A stretch of DNA of 64,000 bases, taken from assembly GCA_000165425.1 (NCBI GenBank), contig CT868119.1:1-64000 (forward strand), given 5' to 3'. The translations under genes and the position numbers were made by a program. Position 1 is the stretch's first letter. Each line of letters begins with the position of its first letter. The notes under the pieces were generated by a model that made no database searches, was not told the origin of the DNA, and worked only from the letters and a program-made list of their open reading frames with translations. Of this stretch, positions 37,748 through 51,421 are shown piece after piece. The DNA is from Paramecium tetraurelia. Its lineage: Eukaryota.

Positions 37748-39398
37748 TCATTGATAAAATAATTATCTTTATAATACCTCAATTTCTTGTTTTAGTTATT
37801 TCCTATATATCTAAGTCGAAAATGCAAAATTAAAATTCCTCCTTAGTTATTTTACCATTTTAAAATTAATTCATAAATTGAAACACATGACTCAACACTA
37901 CGTCATTTCTACCTTCTGGATATATTTTCCTACAGATTATATAATGCTAGTTACAAAATTAATTTATCCATTTGTTATTTGGTTATTCCTCCTATTGAAT
38001 TAGGATCATATTTGTTAAAAAGGTCGTTTACTTTTGTGTCAAATTTGATCATAGAAGCCTTGATGCTCAGTAATACTTCCACAACCTCTGGGTACAGAAG
38101 TGAAGTATTCCTTACTTTTTTCCTATCCAAATTCATAGTCCATCTAAGAATAGGTAAATTCTTAAGTTGATTGTCTTATTCAGTTTATTCTTAGGGCATC
38201 AATGGATAATGATGACCTCTATCTCCTTTTAATCTGTTTTTGACTCTGTTTTACCAGTTGCTAATGTCTTTATTAGTTATATGAGTAGCTTTGAACCCTG
38301 CTATTTCATGAAATAAAGAACTAATTTCTTTTATCGACGAAGTATTAGTTAATCTTTTAGCACTTTAAATAAATCTATCAATAATTAAGTCAGATGTACT
38401 CTTATTTTGACAAATTTTCAGTGTTATCACTTTATGAACTCATTCCAATCATTAGATAAAGATCCACTTTGCTGCTGGTTTGCAAAAACTACTCCTTAAA
38501 CTATGTGTAGCTTTATTCTATTTTAACATCGACATTAATGCCGAGTTAATTTATTACAAAAGGATGCTAATACACTTACTCCCAACTCAATCTTTCGCTC
38601 TCTGAATATTTGATGCATTAAATAATAAACTCATAGATTGGTTCTTGTTAATAAGCATTTGTGAATTCCTTAGCTATTTAGGTTTCATTGTTTATAATGA
38701 TTGGAACTTAAACTAAATGTGTCTTTTACCTGACCCTTACAGACATTCATATAATATTATGCCAACCGACCACACATCACATTTGCTAGTGTAGATTTAA
38801 TTTAAAGTCTTCTATGGAGACTAATAATAGGTTTGGTTATTTTCACCTTGGAATCGACTAATCATATAGCCATTTCCTAAATCTAAAAGTCATATGTGAC
38901 TCATTACCAGAGTAATAATATTAGTTGTTCTTCTTAAGAATTCCTTCTGGTTTAATATCCTAATGCAGCACATTCTAATTTATCAGAAAGAGATAGCCAT
39001 CTAATAGATTTTTACAAATGATTTTCACTTGCTCCAATTTCAGCTTACCAAATTCTGCAAGAATCAACTCCCTAAGAATAAGCAAAACATTACTATCTTA
39101 AGCTTGTCTCAGCCAATTCTGTTACCCAATAGACTGAATTCTATGTCTCTTCAAGAGAAATGCATTTTATAAAATTTTCTGGCTGCATCATCCTTAAAAG
39201 TAATTCCTCTTATTTCAGTATTTCTCTCAAGTAGAAATTTTTATCGTTTAGCAAATCTGATCTAAATTTCTTTAGTGCAATGACCGAATTATCTTTTGTA
39301 TTGTGACCTGCATATATCACACTAATCCTCCCCTCTCCCAAAACTTTCTTTTGATCCCACTAAATGTATTATCCTACTTTGCAAATGTCCTATTACAT
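37748..39398 (-). CDS. Protein kinase-like protein, probable pseudokinase with helical C-terminus
   Basis: LGEGRISVIY, IALK, HQDIKPEGIL, DLG, YYQSPQ, KCDVWSVGIILYECL. Introns of 22 and 25 nt in the kinase domain. Confidence 0.85.
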
Positions 39399-40228
39399 TA
39401 TTAAATTAAAATAATTAAGAAATCTTATAAATATAGAGTTATTTAATATTACATGGCAAAGGACTATTAAGAGCGGATCATTTTAATCCTATTTAAATTG
39501 CCTAAAAAATAGTGTAGAGTTTCATAAATTCAATCTTATTTAATCTATCTAAAATAAAAAGTTGAAATTAGATGATATTCAAATTCTTAAAATTATAGAA
39601 AACCTAAGATCAAGTTTATAATATGCTATTATTAATTTTAAGATGCTATATGTTATTGAATAAATAAACAAGTTTAAAATAAATTAATGGATACTTTTAA
39701 AATGCAATCAACTTTATAATCTTATTATTTTCAAAATCATAAGGTTATTTTCATAATCATAGTGATTATTTAGTGATCTTATTTTTTAATACAATATAAT
39801 CTTATTTAGAAATGGTTCTTTCGATAAATAATTTTATTTTATAACATTAGTATTAACATTATATAGAATATAGTAATATTATATAATATATATCCATCAC
39901 TCAACTTTAGTCACTTAGAATCAATAACTGAATTAGATTCCTCAGAATTAGCCACTCTAACGACGCACCCTTAGTGTTTCAATATATTTATAGATATCCA
40001 TAAGCATGAATGACATCATGGTATATTTCATTCCGCCACACGAATCGTGAGATAATATTATCATAAAATATATCATATCATAAGGGAATATCGCAACATT
40101 TCATTGAATGATGTATTATTCAATTTTTATGGAAGGATTATTCATCAATCTGTTATTATGTATTTTTAATGTAAATATTGTGGAATAAACAAGTTTCTGA
40201 TAATTAAGATTTATATATATATTCAAAA

Positions 40229-40848
40229 ATGGCATACAATCAACCACCTCCTCCTGCCCAAGGATATGGAACAACACCACCACCACCTCCAGCTGGATAA
40301 CTAGGTATTCGAATCAAAAAATATTATCAGGTTAATATCCTCAAGGCTAATATCCTCCCCAAGGATAATACCCTCCTCAAGGACAATATCCCCCCTAAGG
40401 CTAATACCCACCACAAGGATAATATCCTCCTCAAGGACAATATCCCCCTCAAGGCTAATACCCTCCCTAAGGACAATATCCTCCTCAAGGGTAATATCCT
40501 CCTCCTGGACAATACCCCCCCGGACAATATCCTCCTCAAGGTTAATATCCCCCTCAAGGTCAATACCCACCATAATAATATCCTTAATAACCAGGATATT
40601 ACCCACCAGGAGGATATCCCTAATAAGTCCCAGGTTAATACCCTCAAGGTCAGACAACTACTATAATTGAAATTCAACAATAACCTACTTAAAAACCTCC
40701 CTAATAATCCCACGGTGGTGGAGCTATGGTCGGAGCAGCAATTGGAGGAGCTCTTATTGGAGCAGCTTTGGCTGATAATCACCATCACCATCATCACGGT
40801 CATGGACCAAATGTTGTTGTTATTGAAAAAGGACGCAAGCATCATTGA
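40229..40848 (+). CDS. Pro/Gln/Gly/Tyr-rich repeat protein with Gly-zipper helix and His-rich tail
   Basis: 197 aa, one 26-nt intron (40305-40330), (GQYPPQ)n, GAMVGAAIGGALIGAALA, HHHHHHGHG. Confidence 0.88.
40331..40575 (+). repeat. Coding 18-bp tandem repeat, about 13 units of GQYPPQ
   Basis: Units such as ggataataccctcctcaa and ggacaatatcctcctcaa, with synonymous variation. Confidence 0.9.
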
Positions 40849-41185
40849 TTTATTGATATTTATGTGCAATTATACAAAGAAAATTACGTATACTTAGCTC
40901 TAATAATCATATATGTTTTTAAATTATTTGCTTAATATTATCTTATTTGTAATTAAGGATTTTCATAAAAAAGGATTGAAGAATTTCTTGGCTATTATTA
41001 AATATCTTGTTTATTATTATTTATTATATCTTATTATAAGTAAATCCTTAAAGTTAACTGAGTTACCTTAAGAGATGATAAATTATATAATTTAAACTTG
41101 AATTATTTTAAAACACATTATGCATAGTATTAATTAATAATACAATTTTAGAATTGTTATATATTTATTATTATAATCTAAGAGA

Positions 41186-41573
41186 ATGTCTAAAGGTTTT
41201 GCTCTTAATTTAAAAAATGACAATGTGATGACTTTTGAATAAGAAAATGAATTGTATGCTGGACAGAGCATAAAAGTATATCATACAGATATTATCTAGT
41301 TAAAATTTAAATAGGAAGAGAAGCAATTTGAGTTAGAGGTAAGGATAATTCGCTCATAACAAGTTAGTTCAAAGTTGGATAAGATGTTGAATGGGCTAAA
41401 AAATGTGTTGCTGAAATATTAGATTGTGGAAGAAATGATTTTGTAATTTAATTAAGAAATTATGTAAATAGGACTTGATTTTTGAAGAAAAGGTAATGCC
41501 AGAATTCTTTTCTCTAAATGATATTCCTAATTTAAAGGATTAATCATACATTATAATAAAAATGAAGATTTGA
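41186..41573 (+). CDS. Small ubiquitin-like (beta-grasp) protein, 101 aa, no C-terminal diglycine
   Basis: Introns of 24, 29 and 29 nt give IKLKFKQEEKQFELEFKVGQDVEWAKKCVAEILDC...DLIFEEKVMPEFFSLND...IIIKMKI*. Confidence 0.7.
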
Positions 41574-42015
41574 TTTTATCAATATAATGAATATACATTA
41601 AATGAAATTTTATAATGCTTTACTTATCAAATTATCTCACTTAATTAGAATCTAAAAATTCGTGTTTAATAATGTTCTAATTATTTAACCTAAAGTTAAA
41701 ATTGAAATTTGAGAGAGACTATCCTTGTTAATTAAATATTATTATGAATAGTACTTATATTATTTTTGTTGCTATTTAAATTAAAATAATTGAATTTGAT
41801 AGAGCTAAATTCTGCTCTATAAAATGTATTAATTCATTTAAAATTAAATTGATATTTTAGAATAACTCGTGAATATTAAAATTCTATAATTTCTTAAATT
41901 TTATTGAAAAACAATAAAGAATAGAGAAGATCTAAATAGGTTTTTCATATAATAGACATTCGCAAAGGGTAAGAATATATAATATATATAATTTAAACTT
42001 GAATAATACTACTCA

Positions 42016-42744
42016 TCATATCATCATCTTTAAATTAATATCAACTACTCTATTTAATCCATTAGCTTCTCTAATGATGAGCATTCCATCTTAATTAATC
42101 TCTTCTAAGATACCCTCACAAACATATTTCTACTCTTAGTTTACAAATACACATTTTTCTCCTTTCCTATAAAGTTATTAATTTATGGGTTTCTAAAATT
42201 ATTTAAATCCATTCTCGTTAAGTAATATTAAATTGTGCACAATCTTTTCTTTCAATGAATTATATAATTCTTCAACATTAACTTATTTATTTAGAATTGC
42301 TTCTATATTTGTTCCATTTTCAATATTCCAATCCACATTTATCCCCACTCCCATAAAAATGACTACATCTTATCCTGTTATTTCAGACTAGACCAATATT
42401 CCAGCTTATTTCTTATCCGTAAAATATATATCATTAAACCATTTAATACTTCCATTCAAATCATATAAATTGTTATAAACCTGCAATACAGAGTGAGCAA
42501 CAATCAGTGGAATTGTATTTATATATTAAAAATTCTTAAAATAAGGATATATTAAGGTGAATAATATATTTCTTTTTGATTTGCTTTCCCATTTTTTAGT
42601 ATGTTATCCTCTTCCATCAGTCTAAAACAAGGCCCTTATTGCAGTTATTTAGTCTTTAAAGAGTGAACTATAATTTGAAGTGGCATAGGTTTAGGTGGAA
42701 TCAATTTCGTCAAATAAAATATCAACAATTTATTTATTATTCAT
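42016..42744 (-). CDS. birA: Biotin-protein ligase (compact class I BirA/BPL type)
   Basis: Intronless 242 aa. FDEIDSTQ, QTDGRGQ..KKWES, IKWFNDI, KKQAGILVQS, GVGINV, C-terminal GILEEINQDGMLII. Confidence 0.92.
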
Positions 42745-42790
42745 AATTATATATATTATTAAATATAAGCTTGAATTATTAGTCAAGTTA

Positions 42791-43514
42791 TCATTTATAT
42801 TTGAACAATTATGATTTCATACTATGATATTTTAGAATAGGCTTTTCAACTGGAAAAACATTATATTGTGGACTTATTGGATTATACCCCTCAAAAGGTT
42901 GAACTTCGGAAACAATTGTTTTTGCTTTGGGTTCTTCACTTAAATAAAACCGTCCATATTTCTCTGATGAGGGCAGGTAAGCATCTAATTTATTGTCGCT
43001 CAAATTCATTGGATCTGATCTTAGGAGATATCTCTGACTATATTTCCCATATCTATTGATGTGTGCTAAATAAACAAAAAACTATACCTTAAGTGGGAAT
43101 AGGATTATTCGGTTTCAAATCGTGAACTTACTAAAATATGAGTTATTATTTACTTTATGATGATATATTTTAGGTAAAACTAAGCTTTAGGACTCCTTTA
43201 TCAATAATTCTTCATTATCTTTATCCTTGCATACTTCCATATCTGTGTTCTTCCATGTCATATCAATCTAAACTTTGTGATTTTAGTGCTCTCCATTTAT
43301 TTAAATTATATACCTTAATTCAGCTTTTTTTAATAATTTCCCTCGCCATCATACATTATGAATTTCGCCATAGGTCTTGACTTATGTGAATAATAATAAA
43401 TACTCCAAGGATTTTTGTTTTTTGTTCTTTGAATGTTCCATCTTACTTTGACTTATTGATTTCAAACTATTCAATGCATTTCCCACAACTTTTGTGTTTA
43501 TCCAATTTATCCAT
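42791..43514 (-). CDS. Hypothetical protein
   Basis: MDKLDKHKSCGKC..., short GT..AG introns restore the frame, ends FKYK*. Confidence 0.65.
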
Positions 43515-43834
43515 TATTTAATAAATTATAATCAGATGGTAGGAAAAAAAAATATACAAATCTTAATATTTTAGACAAGATTCTAATTATCACAAATTAT
43601 ATCCATAAATTATAGTTGAACTATCATCAAATTATAATTATCAACACATCAAATAACATTTTAATACCATATTTTTTCTCTATATTTGAAACAGATAATG
43701 AGTTTTTATCAATTTAATTATGAGTTTAAAGACTTTCACATATGTTGATTAGATAATGACATTTAGAAATCTTAGTATTACTTTTTTTATGTATAGAATT
43801 CAATAATGACTTAATTTAATTCATAAATTAATTG

Positions 43835-45189
43835 ATGTGGAAATAAATCAAAGCTCTAATTATACTCGTATTCTTTATGTTTTTTGTTTTTAACTCCTTC
43901 TTTTACACACCCCCCACTAGAAATTATACCAAATAAGAAGCTGAAGAAATAAATAAATAAGAAAGGGGTATTACAATCAATAGATTGCCTTAGAAAAGAA
44001 ATAAGCTAATAATAATACATTAATTAATGATCATAATTAGAGCATGAATTTAAACTCATCCATGAATGAAACAGTTTCAGAAGAAGAAGATATAGAAGAG
44101 ATAGAATTTGAGTTTCCATCAAATGATAAAGGAGAGAAAATTAATAGTGAGGAAGAATTGCTTAATAAAGCAGAAAGAGAGAATATATAAGAAGATTATA
44201 TTGAAAGCGATGCTGAGAGAAAAACCGATGTCATTAAAACTGAAGAATTTGAATATTATTATGAGTACATTTATGAAGAAACAAACACTAAAAATATTGC
44301 AGAAGAAATCCTTTTAACATAAGAGGACTCTTAACTTGATTTTATGGAATAAACAGTACATACAGATTAAAATCAATAAGAAAAATAGTTACCTCATAAT
44401 GAAAGTGTATTAAATATATCAGATTTCAATATAAAATAGGATTCATAATAGAGCGCTGAAGATCAAAACTTAAACTCTTAAGATTCGGGTTAATAAAACG
44501 AGAAGTTAAATTAAACTATGACATATAGTGTTGAAGAAACTGAGGAAATAGATAATTCATAAAAGTAAGATGAAGAATATTAGAAAATGGTGGAAGAAGA
44601 AGAAGAAAATCATTATATTATTGTAGAAGAAGAAGAAATCAACATACACCAAGAGAATTAAGAATAATCTTAAACTATATAGAATGATGTTATTAATAGC
44701 GATGATGAATAAATTATTGCAGACCCAAGAGCACCTGAATTCAATAGAATGAATTAAACTATCAATTAAGAATAATAATAGTCATAAAAAATTTACAATA
44801 ATTAATCAAAAACTTCTTAATAATTCTCAAATTAAATATTTAGTCTATATTTTGATTTAGTTTGTTATAAGGATCACAAAACTATTGAATAGGAAGATAT
44901 GATTCCGTCATCTATAAACATACCAGAAACATCTATCCCCACCTAAAACATCAATCCAATATTATTGGTTCATACTATAATATTGACTTTAATGCTTATT
45001 TTAGTTTCTATAAATGACAAACAAAATATAAAAATAAAAAAAGAACCAATTCAAGTTACAAGTATGTCAGAGTTGTCTGAATTGAATGAATATATGGCCA
45101 TGATGATTAATGGATTAGAATAACAATATAATTTGATATCAAAAAGTTAAGAGCAATTAGCATATTAATTAGAACTTTTAGAGTAATGA
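43835..45189 (+). CDS. Two-TM protein with very acidic central domain and C-terminal coiled coil
   Basis: MWKQIKALIILVFFMFFVFNSFF, E/D-rich middle, PILLVHTIILTLMLILVSI, then heptads to TGA. Confidence 0.72.
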
Positions 45190-45492
45190 AGGAGTTAAAT
45201 AAACATTTAAATGAATATAATATAAGTTCATTTATTTATACATTTACATTCTACAAAAATATGAAGGTACTTGAATATAAGTTCATCTAAGGACAAAAAT
45301 ATTAGAAATTACTCAAATTTTTCTTAAAGTCTAATAGAGACTTCTTAAAGCAATCTAATTCAATATAATAGATGCTTTATTATTCGGTTCTGATTTCTTT
45401 GTACTTTATTCCTTTTTTCTTTAACAAGCAATTAATGAATTAAATTTAATAATAATACATAATTAAAAAACTCAAATATAATTTATGCAATT

Positions 45493-46942
45493 TCAATCTG
45501 GTGATTTTGAGATATTTCTTTTAAAAAAATTAGAATTGGTGGATTAAGAATTTTGATTGTCTTGATTTTAAGTTGATGTTTATCCATTTTTTTGATATTT
45601 TAAAAAAACAGGAATTTCATTTATAGGTGGTAATTCATTATTGAAATAATCTACAAGTATTTCATCATCACTATGTTATTTTTTGTAATTCGATTTTTAA
45701 GTATGAAAACTACCTTTTGCATGAATTAAATTAAGATTTAGATTTCCAATACTGGGTCTGAAATTTTCTCGAAAAAAAGAGTGCTACAATGCTGATGTAG
45801 CTTTGATTCTTAATTTTGGGTCTTCATGCAACATTTCTGAGAGTAGGTTTTGAGCAGTTTATGGGATATGGATTAGTGATAAATTCTAAATATTGAATTG
45901 ACATCTTCTATTAGCTGATAGTATTTCAGTTTAAGTTTCCCCTTGAAACAGATCTTTTCTTGATAATCTTAGAAAATTATAATTTAATTTACAATTTATA
46001 GAACACGCATCCAATCGAAAAAATATCGCTTTCTAACCCATATTTTTCATTTTTCAGATTAATTATCTCCGGAGCCACGAATCCGGGAGTTCCACATTTT
46101 TTAAGTTCTTTATTTGGTTCAAGCTCTACAGAAAGGCCAAAATCAACAATTTTCAGATCTACTTTTTTCTCTTGAATATTTAATATAACATTCTCTGGCT
46201 TTATATCTCTATGTATTATATTTAAGGAATGCAAATAGGCAACACCTTATAGTAATTCCAAAAGAATGCTCTAAATGACTCTTACATTTAATTAATGTTT
46301 TAATTCTTTTAAGTGTGAATTTAAAGTTTAGCCTTAACAATACTCCAAAACAATATAGTAGGTTCCATCACCAACGTAGAACTCTTCAAAATGAGGAAGA
46401 TTAGAGTGGTTTAGCTGTTTAAGGATATTCAATTCATTGTACAATCCATTCTAATTTATAAACACTTCAGTTGTACCATTTTTTCAACAGAATTTTAAAT
46501 TGTCTCCTTTGTAATACATTTTGTGACAAAATTATTATTTTTATCATTCTTTCTAACAACTTAATAAACTCGACTGTTGCTACCACTTGCCAAAAACTCT
46601 GTGGCTTCATAAAAGTCTTATATTTAAGTGAAAGAAACAAATTTGGAAAGGATCTTCTTTAATATTAGTAAGTCACTTTGTTTAGCATGAAACCATTTAA
46701 ATTTTTGTGGTTATGTGTGAAAGCCAAAAGCATTTTCTTTAGATGTTAATTACCATCTTATCTCTGAGGACCAGCTTAATGGTAAGAAGTATTTAGGAGT
46801 ACCGGGTTTCTTGGGCTATAGAGAGATTAAGATAGAGAATTACATTTGTTAATGTGAGGGCATTTTCGGTGAATCTGATCTCATAAATTTGATCACCAAT
46901 CAGATGTTTACGATAACAGATGATGGGTTCAACCATTTGCAT
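45493..46942 (-). CDS. Ser/Thr kinase (CAMK-like) with N-terminal PH-like extension
   Basis: HRDIKPENVIL, IVDFGLS, KCGTPGFVAPE, SDIFSIG. Degenerate Gly loop ASGSNS. Confidence 0.9.
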
Positions 46943-47273
46943 AATAAATAAATTAAATTTCAGAATATATTATATTCATTTGGGATATGATTAAACTTCT
47001 GTAAAGAATAAACTTTGTATTTTGTTGTTGTTTAAATCTTTTTTTGATGTTATAAAAAACTTAAACTATTTAGTTTTTTTAAATAATGTTTCACTTTTTA
47101 TTCGTGTTCTTAAGCAGCAATTAAATAAAGTCGCCTTTAATAAATACTAAAATCTAAAGGATATCTCTAAAATATAAATAAAAATTTTATATTTCTTCTT
47201 TAGATAAAAGAATGAATATATTTTATAGTATATTATTTATATAAAAATAATAAGAGGATATTATAAAGAATCT

Positions 47274-50200
47274 TCAATAAACATATTTGATATTGAGGAC
47301 AATGACGTCAAATATCCTTTCATCAATGTCAGTTATGAAGATACGTACTAATTCTTCACTGCCAGGCAAAACTCGGATCTTGAATTAAACAATTTCATTA
47401 GGTCCTGTAGAGATACTAGTATCAATAATCTAATCAGGAATAGTGAGTTATATTTACTTTGACAAATTCACTAGAAGATACGATATTATATTAGGCAGTA
47501 TAATTGACTTAGTTTTTGTAATTGACTTAATGACGAGATTCTCTTCCATCAATGCACCTAAAAAATTAATAAATAAATACCTTAAATCGTATGTAGCACT
47601 TGGGGGTTAAGGTTCAGCATGGACATTCACTAACCAAGAATAAATTAGTTCTTGAGAGTGAATGTCTACTCCATTTAATTTAATTAGATGTTTTCCATCC
47701 TACAGAGCCTAAATATTAATGGGAACTAAATTTATTTTACCAGGTAACATTGTAATTTCAGAATCAAAAGGTTTAACAAAAGTTATCATTTTATTGGATG
47801 AGGTCATTTTGATAATACGAGTAATATCACACGGAAATGTTATTTTAGTGCATACTCTTTAACCCAATGGAACTTCAATGTCTATGGTTGTTAAACTATA
47901 AACTTCTATCTTCCAATTGGCTATTATTTTATGTTGATATTGATCCTAATACAAAAGGATATTGAAGATCTTAACACTTTATGGTTCTCCTATCCTAAGA
48001 TTCAGTCTTATTGAATTGAAATCAGATGACCATTCAATCATGACATCAGGATCAGTGATATGTACATGAGGCTATTGTTGTAAGGGTTAGTTGAATAATC
48101 TAGGTATTATAAGTCTAGTTTAACGATTTTCTCTTTCATAAAACCTAAGCACATGATCTATTGGCTATTAATGAGGCTCAACAATTATACGTAATCCATC
48201 CATCATCTTACCATCTTATTATAATAAAATTGTTATGTGACGAGATTGCATGTATTTTTTAATATATTCAGGAGTCCTCTCATGATCATCAACTCTATAA
48301 TCATATTACCTAAAACTTATAAACTTAAATAACAAAGTAACTTCCTGATTAGGATCTAAAATAAAATAATATTAAGTTTTTCCTTAATTCTCTTTCATTC
48401 TAATTAAATCGTAATTTTCAGGTTCTGGGTATTTATTATTAGAAACCCAATATTTCCATTCAGCTGGATTACCGATTAAGAAGAATTCTTAATACTCTAA
48501 CATTCTACTTTCTGGATCCTCTATATTTACAGTGAATTATTCGGGTTTTGGATGGGTATTTTTAAAGTAAAGAGGAACTATTTCACATTTACCATAAAAT
48601 GAATGGACAACTTTCTCATTCTATAAGAATCCTTACATAATTGTCTTTACTAAAGTTGGTTTTTTAATTTCTTTATATTTTAACACTTCATTTAATGATC
48701 TTTATTAACTCTATTTATTTTTAATCATCTCTTATAAATTTTATTGTTTGATCTTTTTGATTCTGTCTTAAATACTATTTCCATCAAAGGCTTATGCAGG
48801 AACATCTAGTCTATTCACTGGCTTTTCTGATACTAATTTCTTTTTCTATAAACCGTTATATGTGTTTTCCAAAGGGACTGTTTTACTCATATCTTATTAA
48901 CCAATTTTGCCAATATTTTTAATGACAATCTACAATGTCCCTTTAGCTTTCTTCGATTGAGGATCAAAAATTTCAACATCAGCCATTATTTATGCATTTT
49001 GTTTACCTCCTCTCATTATGCCTCTCAATGGTATCCTAACACTACCAAATAAAAATAAACTCTCACTATCCCAAATATCCAAAATTAAGTTTTTATTGAA
49101 TAAATATCTTGCAAAATCCTAATCCAAATTCGCATATCTTTATAAAGATGCTTCAATATTAAACTTACAACTGAAAACCTCATTATTATACAACAATCTT
49201 AACGGATTGCCATTGTCTAAATTATATTTGAAATTTCTTTCATCATTATAGTACTCTAAATTTAAGAATGGTGATTTAAAAGTCTGCAAATCATAGAATA
49301 TAATTCCTATTTAAACTGATTTACAAATAGGATATGGTCCCAAAATTTATTTCATAGACACTGGTTATATTACAATTATTTGGTCCTTCCTTTCATCTTG
49401 CATTTCAAGTGCCATCAATCTGTTTTCTTAATCCATTGATGTTGGATCATCAACCAAAGCAGTAACATCTGTGCGAGTTATTGGCTTCAAAGTGGCTGAA
49501 GGTACAGGATATGCATAAGAATCTATGGGTTTGATAACAGTATTTTAAGGCCTTGCCTCAGCCAAAACTACTGGAGGAGCAGCAGTTCTCTCAACAACCT
49601 TCTAATCTTTAATCAATTTCTCAAGTCCTTCAAATTATCGAGCCTAAGTAAATTACAATAATCTATTTTCTTCTCTTAATTTTTCAATTGCTTATAAGTA
49701 TTCTTATTATTTCTAAGGATCTGAAGTTTACTAAATAGCTAATCTTCTTAATCTTTCATTTTCCTCTTGCAATCTCAATAATTGCTATTCAAAATCTTTC
49801 AACTTTACTTATGTTCTTATGTCTATATCTGATCCTCTTACTTATTCTTACTTATTTTAGTACTATTATTAAACTGGTTAGTTTGAATTCAAATTGGATT
49901 ACTAAGGCAATTATTAATGTCCTTGCTATTGAGGATGTTATTGTTATTACTAGGCTGCTCCCATATATAAATCTTGAATTTAAAATCCACCGCCAGAAAG
50001 ATTAAGACTCCCCTTCAATTTAATAGACTAGTCAGGATTCTAAAAGGTTACAAGAGGTCTCCCATCTAATGCTTTTCCTGGTCCTACAATGAAATCTTCT
50101 TCCACCATCTCGTCAGCTCCAAATTTATTATTAATGTAAATAGGAATCCATCCAAGTGTCAATTACATAGTCTCTTTAGTTACATTTGATACTAGAAACA

Positions 50201-51254
50201 TAGCTTCATATTCTAGTTAAGCTACTAACATGCCCGAATTAACAGTATGATCAGTTGAGCAAACATTGTTTATATCTATTACTCCATGATATGCTAATTA
50301 TTTGTATTGGATTTGTTTCTGATCAACAAATTCATTAACCAGCATTCTTGTTTCTCCAAGAGGCACAAAATTATTTGTTCCTCTAGTATTTATAAATGTC
50401 CAGCCATTATGAAATGCAACGATCAATCTTTTATTTATAATCTAAATATCACCTTTATAGTCCTCTGGAGTTCTGTATTTATAAGTCCTATATTTCTATA
50501 CTTATCTGTATATATCTGCTTCCATAGTATCAGGTATTAGCACTTGTATTTTACTCATGAAAACAACCATACTTCGCGATAATTCAAAATCCCCAGCAAC
50601 AAAGCTCTTTTTAAGTCCTGGTAATTCGTCCCCCAATCCACATAATGCATTTTCTGGTGCCAAATGCATGCTTATTTGAAATTCTTCACTCTGCACGATA
50701 TCACATGTTACAGAGATACCAGAAGATTCAAAGTTCACTTATTACCCTAATAACAGAATTCTTGGACTTCCCTTCCTAAAATTGAGCTTTGTTGACTAGG
50801 TAGTAATGGTTAATGCTGCAAGTTCACACCAACCCAAATGCATGCGTTTCAATACTAAATCTTATTGAGATTCAAATGCCTATATTTCTAGAATTATCAA
50901 TAAAGGCATTTCCTTATTGTTGATAATTCTAGTGTGATAATAGATCGGTATGATTGGATGTTCATAATTTACTCCATCGGGTCCAAATTCCACATTTAGA
51001 CGAGGACTATTGTATGTTCTTCCAAAAAAGCACTTTTCTCCATGTGAGTTTTAAATAAAAAAGTTAGCAGCTACTGAGAATTGTAAATTGAGCACCGGAT
51101 TCTAAGGACGTCTGAGTCCGCCAATTCTAGACACAATCAACTTATAAGCTTTTGAATCTAAGCCCATTTGAATTGGAATTGAAGAGGGTAGACTCTTATG
51201 CATCTTCTGAAATTTAAGAAACTTCTTTATTGAGTTTATGTCTTCGGTTGACAT
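47274..51254 (-). CDS. NPHP4: Nephrocystin-4-like ciliary transition-zone protein
   Basis: FFGRTY, YHT, GWCE, GSPRILL in the N-terminal C2 domain, then RPLVT, IWDSESLFLFG and Ig-like C-terminal segments. About 1300 aa. Confidence 0.85.
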
Positions 51255-51421
51255 TAATATTATTGTTTGAAAATAAAAAATATCATACGTAAAATTATAT
51301 TTATACATACTTCTTATCTGTAAATGTAGTTGGTATTGTCTCATGCATATACAAAGAATTGTAATTGTGATAAGTTATACAATTTATTTATTAATTAAGT
51401 TCATCTATAATACTAAATATA

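Noticed and set aside
40331..40575. Regular repeats as a possible CRISPR array
   Set aside because: Contiguous coding hexapeptide repeats with no spacers, in a eukaryotic genome.
40301..40869. Minus-strand repeat ORFs (LRRILS.. and EEDIVL..)
   Set aside because: Antisense shadows of the plus-strand GQYPPQ gene, whose synonymous variation identifies the real frame.
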